Positions 12,143 through 31,283 of a stretch of DNA of 64,000 bases are shown here, piece after piece (the first letter of the stretch is position 1; each line of letters begins with the position of its first letter). Both the position numbers and the translations under genes were made by a program. The notes beneath the pieces are model-generated. The model was given only the letters and a program-made list of their open reading frames with translations, made no database searches and was not told the DNA's origin. Source of the DNA: Antechinus flavipes (Eukaryota); assembly GCF_016432865.1 (NCBI RefSeq), contig NC_067401.1, forward strand, positions 111,166,001 through 111,230,000, written 5' to 3'.

Positions 12143-14073
12143 GCTGCTCCAAATGCTGACTGGGAAAGCCCCCTCTGTCTCCCTGGAAGCCCCTTCGGGT
12201 CCCCAGGACCCCTGCTCAAAGCGCATCCCGATGTCTTCTTCCCCTTCAGTCACACAGAGTATGAAATTTAGCACTGCCCACTAGGATACTGAGTGGGAGA
12301 AACTCCCCGATCACCCCCTCGTCCGAAACACTCAAGTAACTACCCTACAGCTGATGGGCAGTTTCTTCATATCGCTCACTCGAGGCTTTGAACCTTCCTT
12401 GTGACAAACGAAACCGGCTTCATAAAATAGCTAGCCGTCAGAGACCGTAGACTTCGCACTCTCTACGTGTTTTTGAAATGTTGTATTAAAAGAATCCCTC
12501 CGTGTTTCCTAGGTAGACGGAAACCTTGTCTGCCGTTAGCCTGGTTTCCCTAGCCTGCCACCTAAACTGCTTTTCTCTCCCCTGAGGACGCTACCTAGGA
12601 CAGCTCGGACTGAAACCTCTGGGACAAGGAGAAAGGAAGCGCTATTGGTTGGGAGTGGATGCAAGGTGCTCATGTAAAACACTCCCCTGCCTCCCCTTCC
12701 CAGTGCGGGAGAACCAGATTAAAATGGGGAAATATTTAACAAAATAAATAGATTTAATAAACATAGTTGATGACACAATATTGTAAAACTAAGTCAATTT
12801 GCGACCCATCGGTATCTTTAGGGAAGGATTAGGATTAGCAGCCCCATTTTCCTTTCAAGTTTGATACCATTGTCCTTATGCTAGAATCTTGGAGGGTACA
12901 GGAAGAAGAGGTGCAGGCTTGCCTTCTTTCCTCTTTCCACCTGTAAGTGGCAGAAAGGGGGAGTAGTAGAGAGAAAATCAACCCACTTCCCTACTCAGCT
13001 GGGGAGGCAGGTAGGTTTTATTGTCTTCAATACCAGGTTCATCAAGAAAAAAGGAAAGAGAATATGTTTGGTGTGAAGGCAATGGAAAAGGAGAATGGAA
13101 GGGGGTGGGGAAGAAAGACGCTTCAGATTGCTAACAGTATCCCCTCAAACTGCCAGGAATCATCCTCCCAAGTGTCTACCCTCTCCCTAGCTCAAGTTGC
13201 ACATTGAATTTGTCTCCCTCTGTCACTGTTTCTTTTTCTGACTTTTTTCCTCTCTCACAGACCACAGTTCTGCCCATCTCCACCCACCACTTCCCTGAAG
13301 TCCCATTTGCCAAGCGTCCCGTTGCCCACTCCATACCTCTGGCATGGGTTCCTAGCCCCCTGTACTCAAGCTGCACCCTCTCCCCCTCGTCCTTTGGGCA
13401 AGGTACCAACTCCAGCTGGGTGGAGTAGGGTTGGTCATGGGTCGGGAGACAGGAAAGGGCCTGGTAGAGGCAGGAGGCCAGGGCCTGAGTCACAGGGTAG
13501 GTTAGAGCAAAACGGGGGCCAGGTCCTTGTGACAGGAGTGGAAGGGGTAGATTGGATTGTGGAAGCTGCTTCTCTCTTCAGCTACCATCCTGGTCTCATT
13601 TACTATACCACACTGAGGATCAGGATTGGGGTTCTATCCCTTTTTTCCACATTTTGAAAGAGAGGATAATGGAATCCAAAGTCCTGAGGGAGAAATGTTC
13701 TATCCCAGGCAGTTTTGTATAGGAAGGTGATGTGTGCTATATCTGAGATAAGAGAAATTTTTGAATACAGTAACAATGATAGAGGAGGAGCCCCTAATAG
13801 TATACCACTGGGGCCTTCCCATTTTATCAAGGATCATGTTTCCTCAACAGAAACCCCCCCCTCCAAACCCCAAAACGAAAAAGGCACAGGACAGTATATT
13901 TCCTACCTCATTGTTCCCATGAACTCCCACCTTGCCCTCCCCCATACCAGCTCATTGAAATCCTGCTTCTGCAGGGAAATAGCTCTGATTGTCCAGAGGC
14001 GCTAGAAATCAAATGGCTCCAGAGTGGAGAGACTGGAAGCCCACGGCTCATAGCAGGCACTGAACGTCACGCA

Positions 14074-14079
14074 TTTATT
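14074..14079 (-). terminator. LENEP polyadenylation signal AATAAA
   Basis: tttatt on +, 167 nt beyond the stop codon. Confidence 0.75.
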
Positions 14080-14245
14080 GGTACCCTCAGGTAAGCACAA
14101 AGGACACAAGGAATCTTGGAGATGAAGGAGGCACTAGAAGGAGAAAAGAGCAGGCTCAGAAGAAGGCCCGTTGCCAAGGAAGCGCAAGTCCTGCCCCCAG
14201 AGTGCCCACTTGAGAGGGCTGGGTATGGAGCTGAGGATACCTGGG

Positions 14246-14431
14246 CTAGTCTAGCAGCTCCTTAATACACCAGCAGCAGAGAAGGATATAAGCCGCCTCC
14301 TTCAGGAATCGCTGGAGTACTCCCCAGCTTGTGCCCATCTTGGTGAGAGGCAGTCGGAGCCCAGCATCATGAAGGGCCTGGCTGAGGGAGAAGGGCAAGG
14401 CTTGGGCGATGGGGATGGCCCTCGGCTGCAT
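14246..14431 (-). CDS. LENEP: Lens epithelial protein (LEP503), single exon, 61 aa
   Basis: ATG at 14431, TAG at 14248-14246. MQPRAIPIAQALPFSLSQALHDAGLRLPLTKMGTSWGVLQRFLKEAAYILLCCWCIKELLD matches LENEP in length and C-terminus; syntenic. Confidence 0.96.
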   Translation of the reverse strand: MQPRAIPIAQALPFSLSQALHDAGLRLPLTKMGTSWGVLQRFLKEAAYILLCCWCIKELLD

Positions 14432-14476
14432 GAGGAGAGTTCTCAGTAGGAGAAAGGGGGACTGGCTCCCTTGGCC

Positions 14477-14482
14477 TTTATA
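14477..14482 (-). promoter_or_regulatory. LENEP TATA box
   Basis: TATAAA on the minus strand 45 nt upstream of the ATG; a Sox-type ACAAAG lies at about 14529. Confidence 0.7.
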
Positions 14483-14956
14483 AGCATTCTCCTGCCCTGG
14501 GGACCGAGTGCCCGCATGACTAACAGAGACAAAGCGCCTGGGTGAGGCGAGGGGAGATTCTGGAATGGGCAATAGGCTGTGTCAGCCTGGCTGGGTGGGA
14601 GTTGGGAGGGGAGTGTCTGACCCCTTGCTGTGTAGGAGAAACCTGGGCATCCTGCCAAGCTGCCCATTGGCCCAGCTCCCTCCTCCCTTCTCCCCAGGTC
14701 ATATATCCTCACGTGGAGCCCTGCTGATGCTGGCATCGAGAAGCATCAGTCAGTTCCAGCCTGTCCAGGCCCTCCCCCTCCTCCGTCCCCAGCTCAGCCC
14801 TCTATTGGTGGGTTCTGGCCCAGCCCTGGGTCTCATGGGTGGGGCCTGTCACAGCTTTAGGGGAGAGGAAGGGGCCCCAGTCACATCCATGGTAGCTTTG
14901 ACTACAAGAGATCTCAGATGAAGGAGCAGAAGCAATGGACACAGTAGCAGGCACCA

Positions 14957-14962
14957 TTTATT
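14957..14962 (-). terminator. FLAD1 polyadenylation signal AATAAA
   Basis: tttatt on +, about 55 nt beyond the TGA. Confidence 0.8.
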
Positions 14963-15017
14963 GGTCAGGGCTGCTGGGACTGAGGGAGAGCAGCAGGTGG
15001 GGACAAAAATCCCCCCG

Positions 15018-20052
<5,035 letters not shown>

Positions 20053-20429
20053 GGTCCAGGTTTTTCGATCTTGCAGTCCCCTGCAGTAGCCACCCAGGCC
20101 CCGGGATAGCGCTCGGAAACATGAGGGTCCCGCCAGTTCTACTGAAAATCAGCAGCTAGGGCTCAAGGAGGACGATCAGCCTGGGGGAGACAAGACTAGA
20201 ATGGAGGGAACCCAGAGGAAAACGATGGCCAGGAGAGGGGCCTTGGGTTGGGGGGCGGGGAATTCCTAGGATGACTGCCCGGCTGTAGGGGCTGATCCAA
20301 CACAATTCCGTCATTTTACAGAGGAAGCCACTGAGGTTCAGAAGGGAAAATGCCTGCTCAGTGCCACTGTGCTGCAAAGGAAGGAGGGAGCGTGGAGGAG
20401 TGAAAAACAGCACCGGAGAGAAGTCTGAT

Positions 20430-20535
20430 GGCTAGGGTTCGAGCCCCGGGCTCTGCTACTTACTTACTGGGTGACCCTGGATAAATCATTGAACTCTCTG
20501 GGCCTCCACTTCCCCATCTGCAAAATAAAGAGGGT
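20430..20535 (+). mobile_element. MIR SINE
   Basis: gggttcgagccccgggctctgctactt...gtgaccctgg...tccccatctgcaaaat. Confidence 0.75.
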
Positions 20536-20846
20536 TTGGACGGGACGAACTCTCGGGCCTACCCTCGCTTCCGGCGAGCTCGGGCCGTCCGCGGGATGGC
20601 GGTCCTATTCTCCTTTCTCCACACCCCCCTGCCCCTTTCCCAAGCCCCCTGCGCGCTAGCCGCGGCCCCTTTAAACCCCGCTTCGGCGTTCGGGTCCCAG
20701 CGTCCTTCCTCGCCCGGCCCTGGGGTCCTGCGCGCACACACGATGCCCCTCCTTCTCCCGGCCCGATAGCGCGCTTTTCCAGACTGGACCCCCACCCCCG
20801 CCTGAGCCGCGCTGCAGCTTTCCAGCCTGGATTTCTCCGCTCTCAC

Positions 20847-21090
20847 CTGCCCTTTTGCCCCCTCACCAGTTAAGGTTTCCTCGGAGTCCCTCGGGGCTGT
20901 CCCGATTCGGCTTCCGTACCCAGCGTTCCTCCCCAGCTACACAACCGCTCTACGCCCATTGGCCTAGGCTTTCACCGCCCCCTCCCTTCCCCCAAGGCTT
21001 CATTGGTAGAGTCCGCCGTCCCTCTCGTAGACTCGAAAGAGAGGCTTGTTGTCGGTAGAGAGCACGTGGCCATCTCGGGCGGAAGTGCTC
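20847..21090 (-). promoter_or_regulatory. FLAD1: FLAD1 CpG-island promoter and non-coding exon 1
   Basis: Donors CTG|GTGAGG (20867) and CAG|GTGAGA (20847). CCAAT boxes at 20958-20962 and 21002-21006, ETS CGGAAG at about 20911 and 21080, E-box CACGTG at 21063-21068. Acceptor of the next exon is ttttcag|20141. Confidence 0.7.
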
Positions 21091-23010
21091 AGATGCGGGG
21101 TGGGGCACGGTCTCCTTCCCAGAACCTCTTTCCTAGCGGGTTTCCAAGACAATGGACCCTCGTAGTTCCACTGTAGACCCAGGGTGAAGGCTCAGTGGAC
21201 AAATAGAGGGTTGGTGGGGGAGACGGGTTTTGGGTTAGACATCAAGTTCCCACGGTGAGGGGCCTAGCGCTTTTGTGGGTGTTTAACGTGATGAGGGACC
21301 TCAAAAAGCCCAACTTTTATCTTGAAGGGGGAGAAGTCTGCCCTGGGCGCCGGGTCATTAGGTGAGTTGGAATTATCAGATAACTCCCCTGCCCCACCCA
21401 GCTTAGGAGGCCAGGAACTTTCCCTGCAGAGTCAAGTCCATAGTTCACTTCTCTGGTCTTTTATTTTTAATGCCAGTTAGAGGTGAGAACACGGGCCTCC
21501 TCCTCACCCTTCCCATGCAAGCAGTGTTTGAGGGCTTGCTAAAAGAGGTTTTATGGGTAAGCAACACCAATAAGTGGAGCTTACATAACAACTTGAGGAA
21601 AATTGTTGAAGTTGGACCCCAAGTTACCAAGTTAGTTGTGTGGACACAGTAGAATATTAAACTTGGAATCAGGCCAACTGGCTGGACTTAAATGTTAACT
21701 TCATGGTTTTGGGTAAATCACTAAGAAGCCATGTTTTCCAAAGCTGAAACTACCATAGAAATGTGAACTATTTCACCTGCTACTAAAAATCCCAAACTCT
21801 GATAGGACAATCATGAAGAAGTTGTTTCATTTTTAAAAACCAATAATAGCACGACAGAATGATTCCTTCCTTATCCACTCAGACCAAAGGTCAATTAGTT
21901 GGTCAAAGGCTACCTAGAACTTAAATCTACTAACTTTTTCTTAGCAGGACAATTTCATGAGTCTATACCTCAGGAGAAAGACAGAGATGTCCTTGGAAAA
22001 TTTAGTGACTGGACTTTTTTCTTTGGAGAATTTCTACCAGCCTTAGTTGCTTCCCATCACTGCTCACTGTATCATGCCTGCAACTCTTATCAGTGGAAGC
22101 CTGCTTCTGATCTGTGGAATGTTCCATTCAGGTCAAATACTTAGTAGGGAGCTCCATTAATGTCTGAAGAAATAGAAAAGCAGTTTCTCTGAGGGGTCTC
22201 TAACTCAGAAGACTTCAGTTTGATGAAAAAAGTTCTTGTCATACATTACACAGAACTGTTATAAATGGAATTTCCCCCTTTATTCATCCCTAAATTAGTA
22301 AAGCAAACTTTGGTTGGAAACATACAAATATAAAAAATGACAGACTAATGCATTTTGTTGAGAGCTGCCCTAGGTCAGTGAAAGTTTAAAATGAAATTTT
22401 TCAGCAGAGAACAATCAGTTTAATTTATTTTAAAACTCTCTGAGCCTCCTTATTCGTAAAGTACTGAAATCAATAATTAGGCCCCTGGTATCCCATGGAT
22501 CACGGGCAGAAGGAATTTAAGAATGAATTACAAAAAACTTCCTCTTTATTCAAGGGATTTAAACAGAACAGACATTTCTTGAATAAAATGGAAAGTTTCC
22601 AACAAATGAAAATATAAATCCATTAAGTCACCTTGCACATAACTTGGCAGAGAAAAAACAAACACAAATAGCAACAATTATACAAGGCCCACAACTAAAC
22701 AGTGATGAGTCTTCAGTCACTCTTGATACTTTGTCCATCTACCCAATGTGTTCAGCTTGATACAGAGCTTGCCTTTTGGAGACAAAGATCAGCTGAAGTT
22801 ACATTCATCAGAGCACCCGATGGGGTGGTGGTGGTGGTGGTGGTGATGTCAGCTTTGCTCAAGAAATAAGAGTCACCAGCACTTTCAAACAGTGTATTAA
22901 ACATCCCTTAAATATCCCAAGTGAGAAACAAGAAGGCAACACTATTAGCAGAAAGATGTTAGCAGATAAGGACAGCTATATACAGCTTGGAAAAGAAGTG
23001 GTATGCTCTT

Positions 23011-27099
<4,089 letters not shown>

Positions 27100-27100
<1 letters not shown>

Positions 27101-27231
27101 GCAATAAAGTTTCTCTGAGGAGGCTGGGCCTGGGGGGGAGAAAGTTGGAGCGTCTACTCGAAGAAGCTGCGGCCGCTAAACCCGGAGTGAGACCGGCCCG
27201 CGGCGCGGAGCGGAGACCCCATGCGGCCCTG
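27100..27231 (+). other. SHC1: SHC1 non-coding first exon of the p52/p46 transcript
   Basis: Donor CTG|GTGAGT at 27231. The partner acceptor tcttctccag|31611 lies inside the p66 exon, 3 nt before the p52 ATG. TSS approximate. Confidence 0.8.
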
Positions 27232-27699
27232 GTGAGTATGGAATTTTAATCATCTTTAATATTCTTTCCCCCCACCCCCAATCCCCTGGAATCCCACTTC
27301 CGGCCAACCATGCACAAGTCCCGCCTTCTGGGACCCCATCCCCGGAAGTCCAGCCCCCAGTTCGGGGGCTCCCCGAACCCCTCAAATTTATCACTTTTCT
27401 AAATCTTGCCCTTCACTGGATTTTCTTCCCGCCCGCATTTCTGGAGAGCTCTGCCTCCCGCATCCCCCAACCCAGAAACCACGCCCTCTTTAATCTTCCC
27501 TGAAAGGCCCGCCCCCAAAATAATCCCTCCAAGAATTCTTTATGACTGGCCTTGTAGTGGCTCTGGCCCTAGGGGACCCCTACCCCATTTCCTCATCTGC
27601 CTTTCCTTAGAATTCTGGGAAACTGCCCTTCATTTGGTCATGACCCCTCTTTACACTTTATCTCTTTCTCTACCTTTTCCATGGCCCCTTTTCCATTTA

Positions 27700-27950
27700 A
27701 GTCAATAAATATATGTTAAGCATCTCCTTTGTGCCTGACATAATGCTTGTGTATGTATGCATAGATAAAAACCTAACAGCTGCTGCCTTCCAGGAGCTTG
27801 CTTCCCAATGGAAGAGACAACTTGCAGATAGAAATTAAAATTATGCATAAAGTAATTTTCGGGAGAGTAATTTCCCATTGGCAACTTTCTGGAGATAGTG
27901 ACACTTGAGTGAAATTTTAAAGGAAATTAGACATTTTATGGATACAGAAC
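27700..27950 (-). mobile_element. L2 fragment
   Basis: Reverse L2 tail: ttaagcatctcctttgtgcctgac...cttccaggagcttgc. Confidence 0.6.
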
Positions 27951-28319
27951 TGGAAGATGGTATGTTTGGACCAGAAGATCCAACTGGTTAATTTGGCTGT
28001 AAGATAAGAATGTATATTAAGTAGAGAAACATACTGAGCTTGAAAATGTAGAGTGGAAAATATTTTAGATGACTTCCCTTTATAATTCTCTGAAGTCGTA
28101 CCTTCCACGCGATACTACTGAGTATATAAATGGCAAATCTGGAGGGACTGATAACCTGAAAGGTCCCTACTTGAACTCTAGAAACACAGCCTCCTTTCCT
28201 AATCACATACAGAATCCTCCTATCCAGCCTAGGTTTTCTTCCCAGTTCCTTCACCTCCAACCCATATGTAGGTCACAATTTAAATGAACTAAGGTAGTCT
28301 AGCAGTACTCCCTGGAAAC

Positions 28320-28450
28320 TCCTTTGAGAAAAGTAGTGCAAGTTTTCTCAGTTCATTTTACAGTGGAGGAAACAAAGTCAGAGAAGTTAAGTGACAGGAT
28401 TACATTAGTATTAAGTATTAAAGATGGGAATTATCTTAAGTTTCCTAACG
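28320..28450 (-). mobile_element. MIR fragment
   Basis: cattttacagtggaggaaacaaagtcagagaagttaagtgac. Confidence 0.7.
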
Positions 28451-30974
28451 CTAAAACAAAGGCTCTCTCTAGTTTTCTATCCCTGACTTAAATCTGGGGG
28501 ATGGAAGGCTGGCTGTACTTTGCCTTCCCCCTTGGGCCTTAATTTTATTCTTGGGTGTGGGGTGATCTGAAGTGGGTTGGGCTGGAGGTAGGGGAGAAGG
28601 GATGGGAAATCCCTCATAAGTTCCCAGATCTACTCCCTAAGTTTCCCTTCCCAGGACCGGCTCCACCCCAGAAACAGCTGCATGTCGTACCTGTACCTCA
28701 GGAGCTGGGCTGGGCCATGGATTCCCTGGTGTGTGGAATGGGGTTGTGAAATGGGTAACTGCTCTCTACCTACCCCATAAATGTAGTGCATTTTGGAGTT
28801 GGGAGGGGGGGGCTGCTTTTGGCCTTCTGACTTTAGAGACTTTACCCCAACCCCCACTCCTGTTTTCTTATCTGGGTATTCCCCATCTTTTCTCTGCCTG
28901 CCTAACCTTCAGTCCAGGAAACATTCCTGAGGCTTTTGCTGTTTCCAGCTGCTTCCTGCCACAGTACTCTCCTCCTTTCTCTCCTCCCTCCTGGGCAGAG
29001 AAAGCAAATGTTCCCCACCCCCACTCCAAACCACTGAAAGTCATCTAGTTTTTAGTTCTCTGGAACTGAATTTCTTCTACATTCTTTTCCAAATATACCC
29101 TTTCAAGTGGCTCACTATTTTCTTATTGAGAAAGCTATGAGAAAATTAGTATCTTGTAGGTAGTATAGCATCTTGGCACAAAGTCTGTAAGATACAGGGG
29201 TAATTATCTTTTGGGTCTTCCGCTTTCTGGAGTTGATAAATTTTCTTTTCCCAGTGTTTTAGGAATGATGGGTTGAAACAGACACTTCCATCTACTCTCC
29301 CTTCCTCATTTAATCAGATCATAGATTCGATAGATTAGCTGGGGGAGACCTTTGAGGTCAGCTAGACCAACCCTTCTCCCCTCTACTTATTTTATAGATG
29401 ACAGGTCTGAGACCCAGCAAAGTTGCCTAAAGTCACAGGTGCCGAGTAGAAGTGGAATTTAAGCCCTGGTACTTAACTATACAAATTTTGGCTAAGAGAT
29501 GAAAAAAAGTTTTTCTCTCTTCCTAGGCAAGGAATGTACCTGAGGTTCAATTTTGAATTTAGTCCCTCTAATCTTTTTTGCTGTCTACTTTTGTAGGAAT
29601 GTCTGCCCTCTCCTCCATTTGATTTGGCAGGAAGTCAGGAACTTGTGGGTGGAGGAAATGGGTTTTGGACTGTTTCCTGTATCCAGATTCAAACCTGACT
29701 CTTCTCTCCCCCCCCCCCCCCCACTCCCCTTTTCTGTATGGTTAGAACATGGATTGTGGGATTGGAGAAGAGTCGCTTTTCAGAATGTTGCTAGACTTAA
29801 GGATAACTGGGAGGGAACCAGCAACTGCGTATTCACATATGCATGTGCATACACACATCCCTTCTGTGTGCCAGGAATCCTTTTTGCTTTTAAATCTGCT
29901 CTTACTCCCAGTACCTAGTGGCTATGGGGAGGAGTATAGAAGACTCTTAGCGCTGGGATCATAGCTTAGAGCTCTGGGATTAGAATGATTAGGATCCATT
30001 GACCAGTAATTTTCCTTCCTTGTGATCCTCCTGAAATGGGTAAGTGCCTGTATACAAAGGTAAAACAATCCTGTTAGGTTAGTTGAAATTTATTCAGGAG
30101 AATTGTTGGGTAGTTAAGTATTGTAGTCTTCTGACTTGGGGCTTTGAGTCATTAGGCTAATACCCTGGAAGAGTGAGTATCAGAATCTTGCCCACTTTCC
30201 AAGTGTTGTTCCCCTGGTTTCACCATCATTTTGGAAGGAATAGCCGTTGTGTTTCCCGTAATGCACTATGTAGTACAGGTAGGTTAGAACCCTGGGGCTG
30301 GCTCAGTTCCCCTGTGTCAGGTTGAAATGTTAAAAAGGGGGATGAGACTTATTTCACCCACCTTGCTCCTCTATAGTCCCACGGATCCCCTCCTGGAAGC
30401 CCTGTAGGGCTGGCTGTCCCTAGGCCCGTTTTGGCCTGACTCCCTCACTCTTGTAGCCCTCTGGGCTCTCTGCTCATCCTGCCCTTTCGCTTAGCAACGC
30501 TTTGCAATATCTATCTTTCCTTTCCTGTTCCCCAGGCAGAGAAGAGAGATTTCCTTTCTACTCTGTCACCAGCTGTTGTGGCCGTTTTAGCTAATGGCTT
30601 TGAGATTCCCTGGGGATCTTCTCCCCAGGGCAAGCAGGGATAAGGGGCTTGAAGATAAGGTGACCAAGATGTTAAACTGGGGTGGGAAAGGGAAGTCAGT
30701 CAGGGATTGTCCCCTTTTCCTATCTCTCTATTTCCCTCCCCACTGTGCCCTGACTTCCTGCCTTCCCCTCCTCCCTTCCCAGTGTCAGACATTAGACTTT
30801 GAGATCTATTCTCCCTTCTCATCATCTCTTCCCTTTTCCCCATTCCCGGTTGTGCCCAATTGGGAGGAGGGGATGGGTGGGTATGTGGAAGTGGGAGGGC
30901 CATAGAGATTCCCTCCCTTCGGATTTGAGGCCTTGGGTGGGGTAGAAGTGGGGGGCTCTGCCTCTTCTGTGCCT

Positions 30975-30985
30975 GTGAGTCAGCA
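30975..30985 (+). promoter_or_regulatory. ARE/AP-1 (NRF2/MAF-type) site in the p66Shc promoter
   Basis: GTGAGTCAGCA about 300 bp upstream of the p66 ATG. Confidence 0.6.
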
Positions 30986-31283
30986 CTGTCCTCCTGATTG
31001 GCCTTCACTTAGCAGTTCTCCTCCTCTGGGGAGGAGCCCAACTGCTCCTGGTCCAGCTCTCTCTTCTACCGTCAGAGAAGAGGCTTCATGCTAGGCGGGG
31101 TTGGAGCCAGGGCTTGTCTGGGTCTGAGCTGGGGGAATGGTGGTCTTCCCTGCAAGGGCTCTGTGACTACCTACCCATATCTTTCAGAGAAAACTAAGGG
31201 CCTGGGAATGCCCCCAGCCCGGCCCCCTTACCCTGACTGGGGGGAGGGCCGGGCTGGACAGCAGCTTCCTTTCTCCCTCAGCT

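Noticed and set aside
14432-14572. Apparent 47-aa N-terminal extension of LENEP in the ORF track
   Set aside because: Starts at TTG upstream of the TATA box (14477-14482), so it is unlikely to be in the mRNA.
20148-20400. Human-style long FLAD1 isoform 1 starting in intron 1
   Set aside because: An in-frame TGA at 20150-20148 blocks it.
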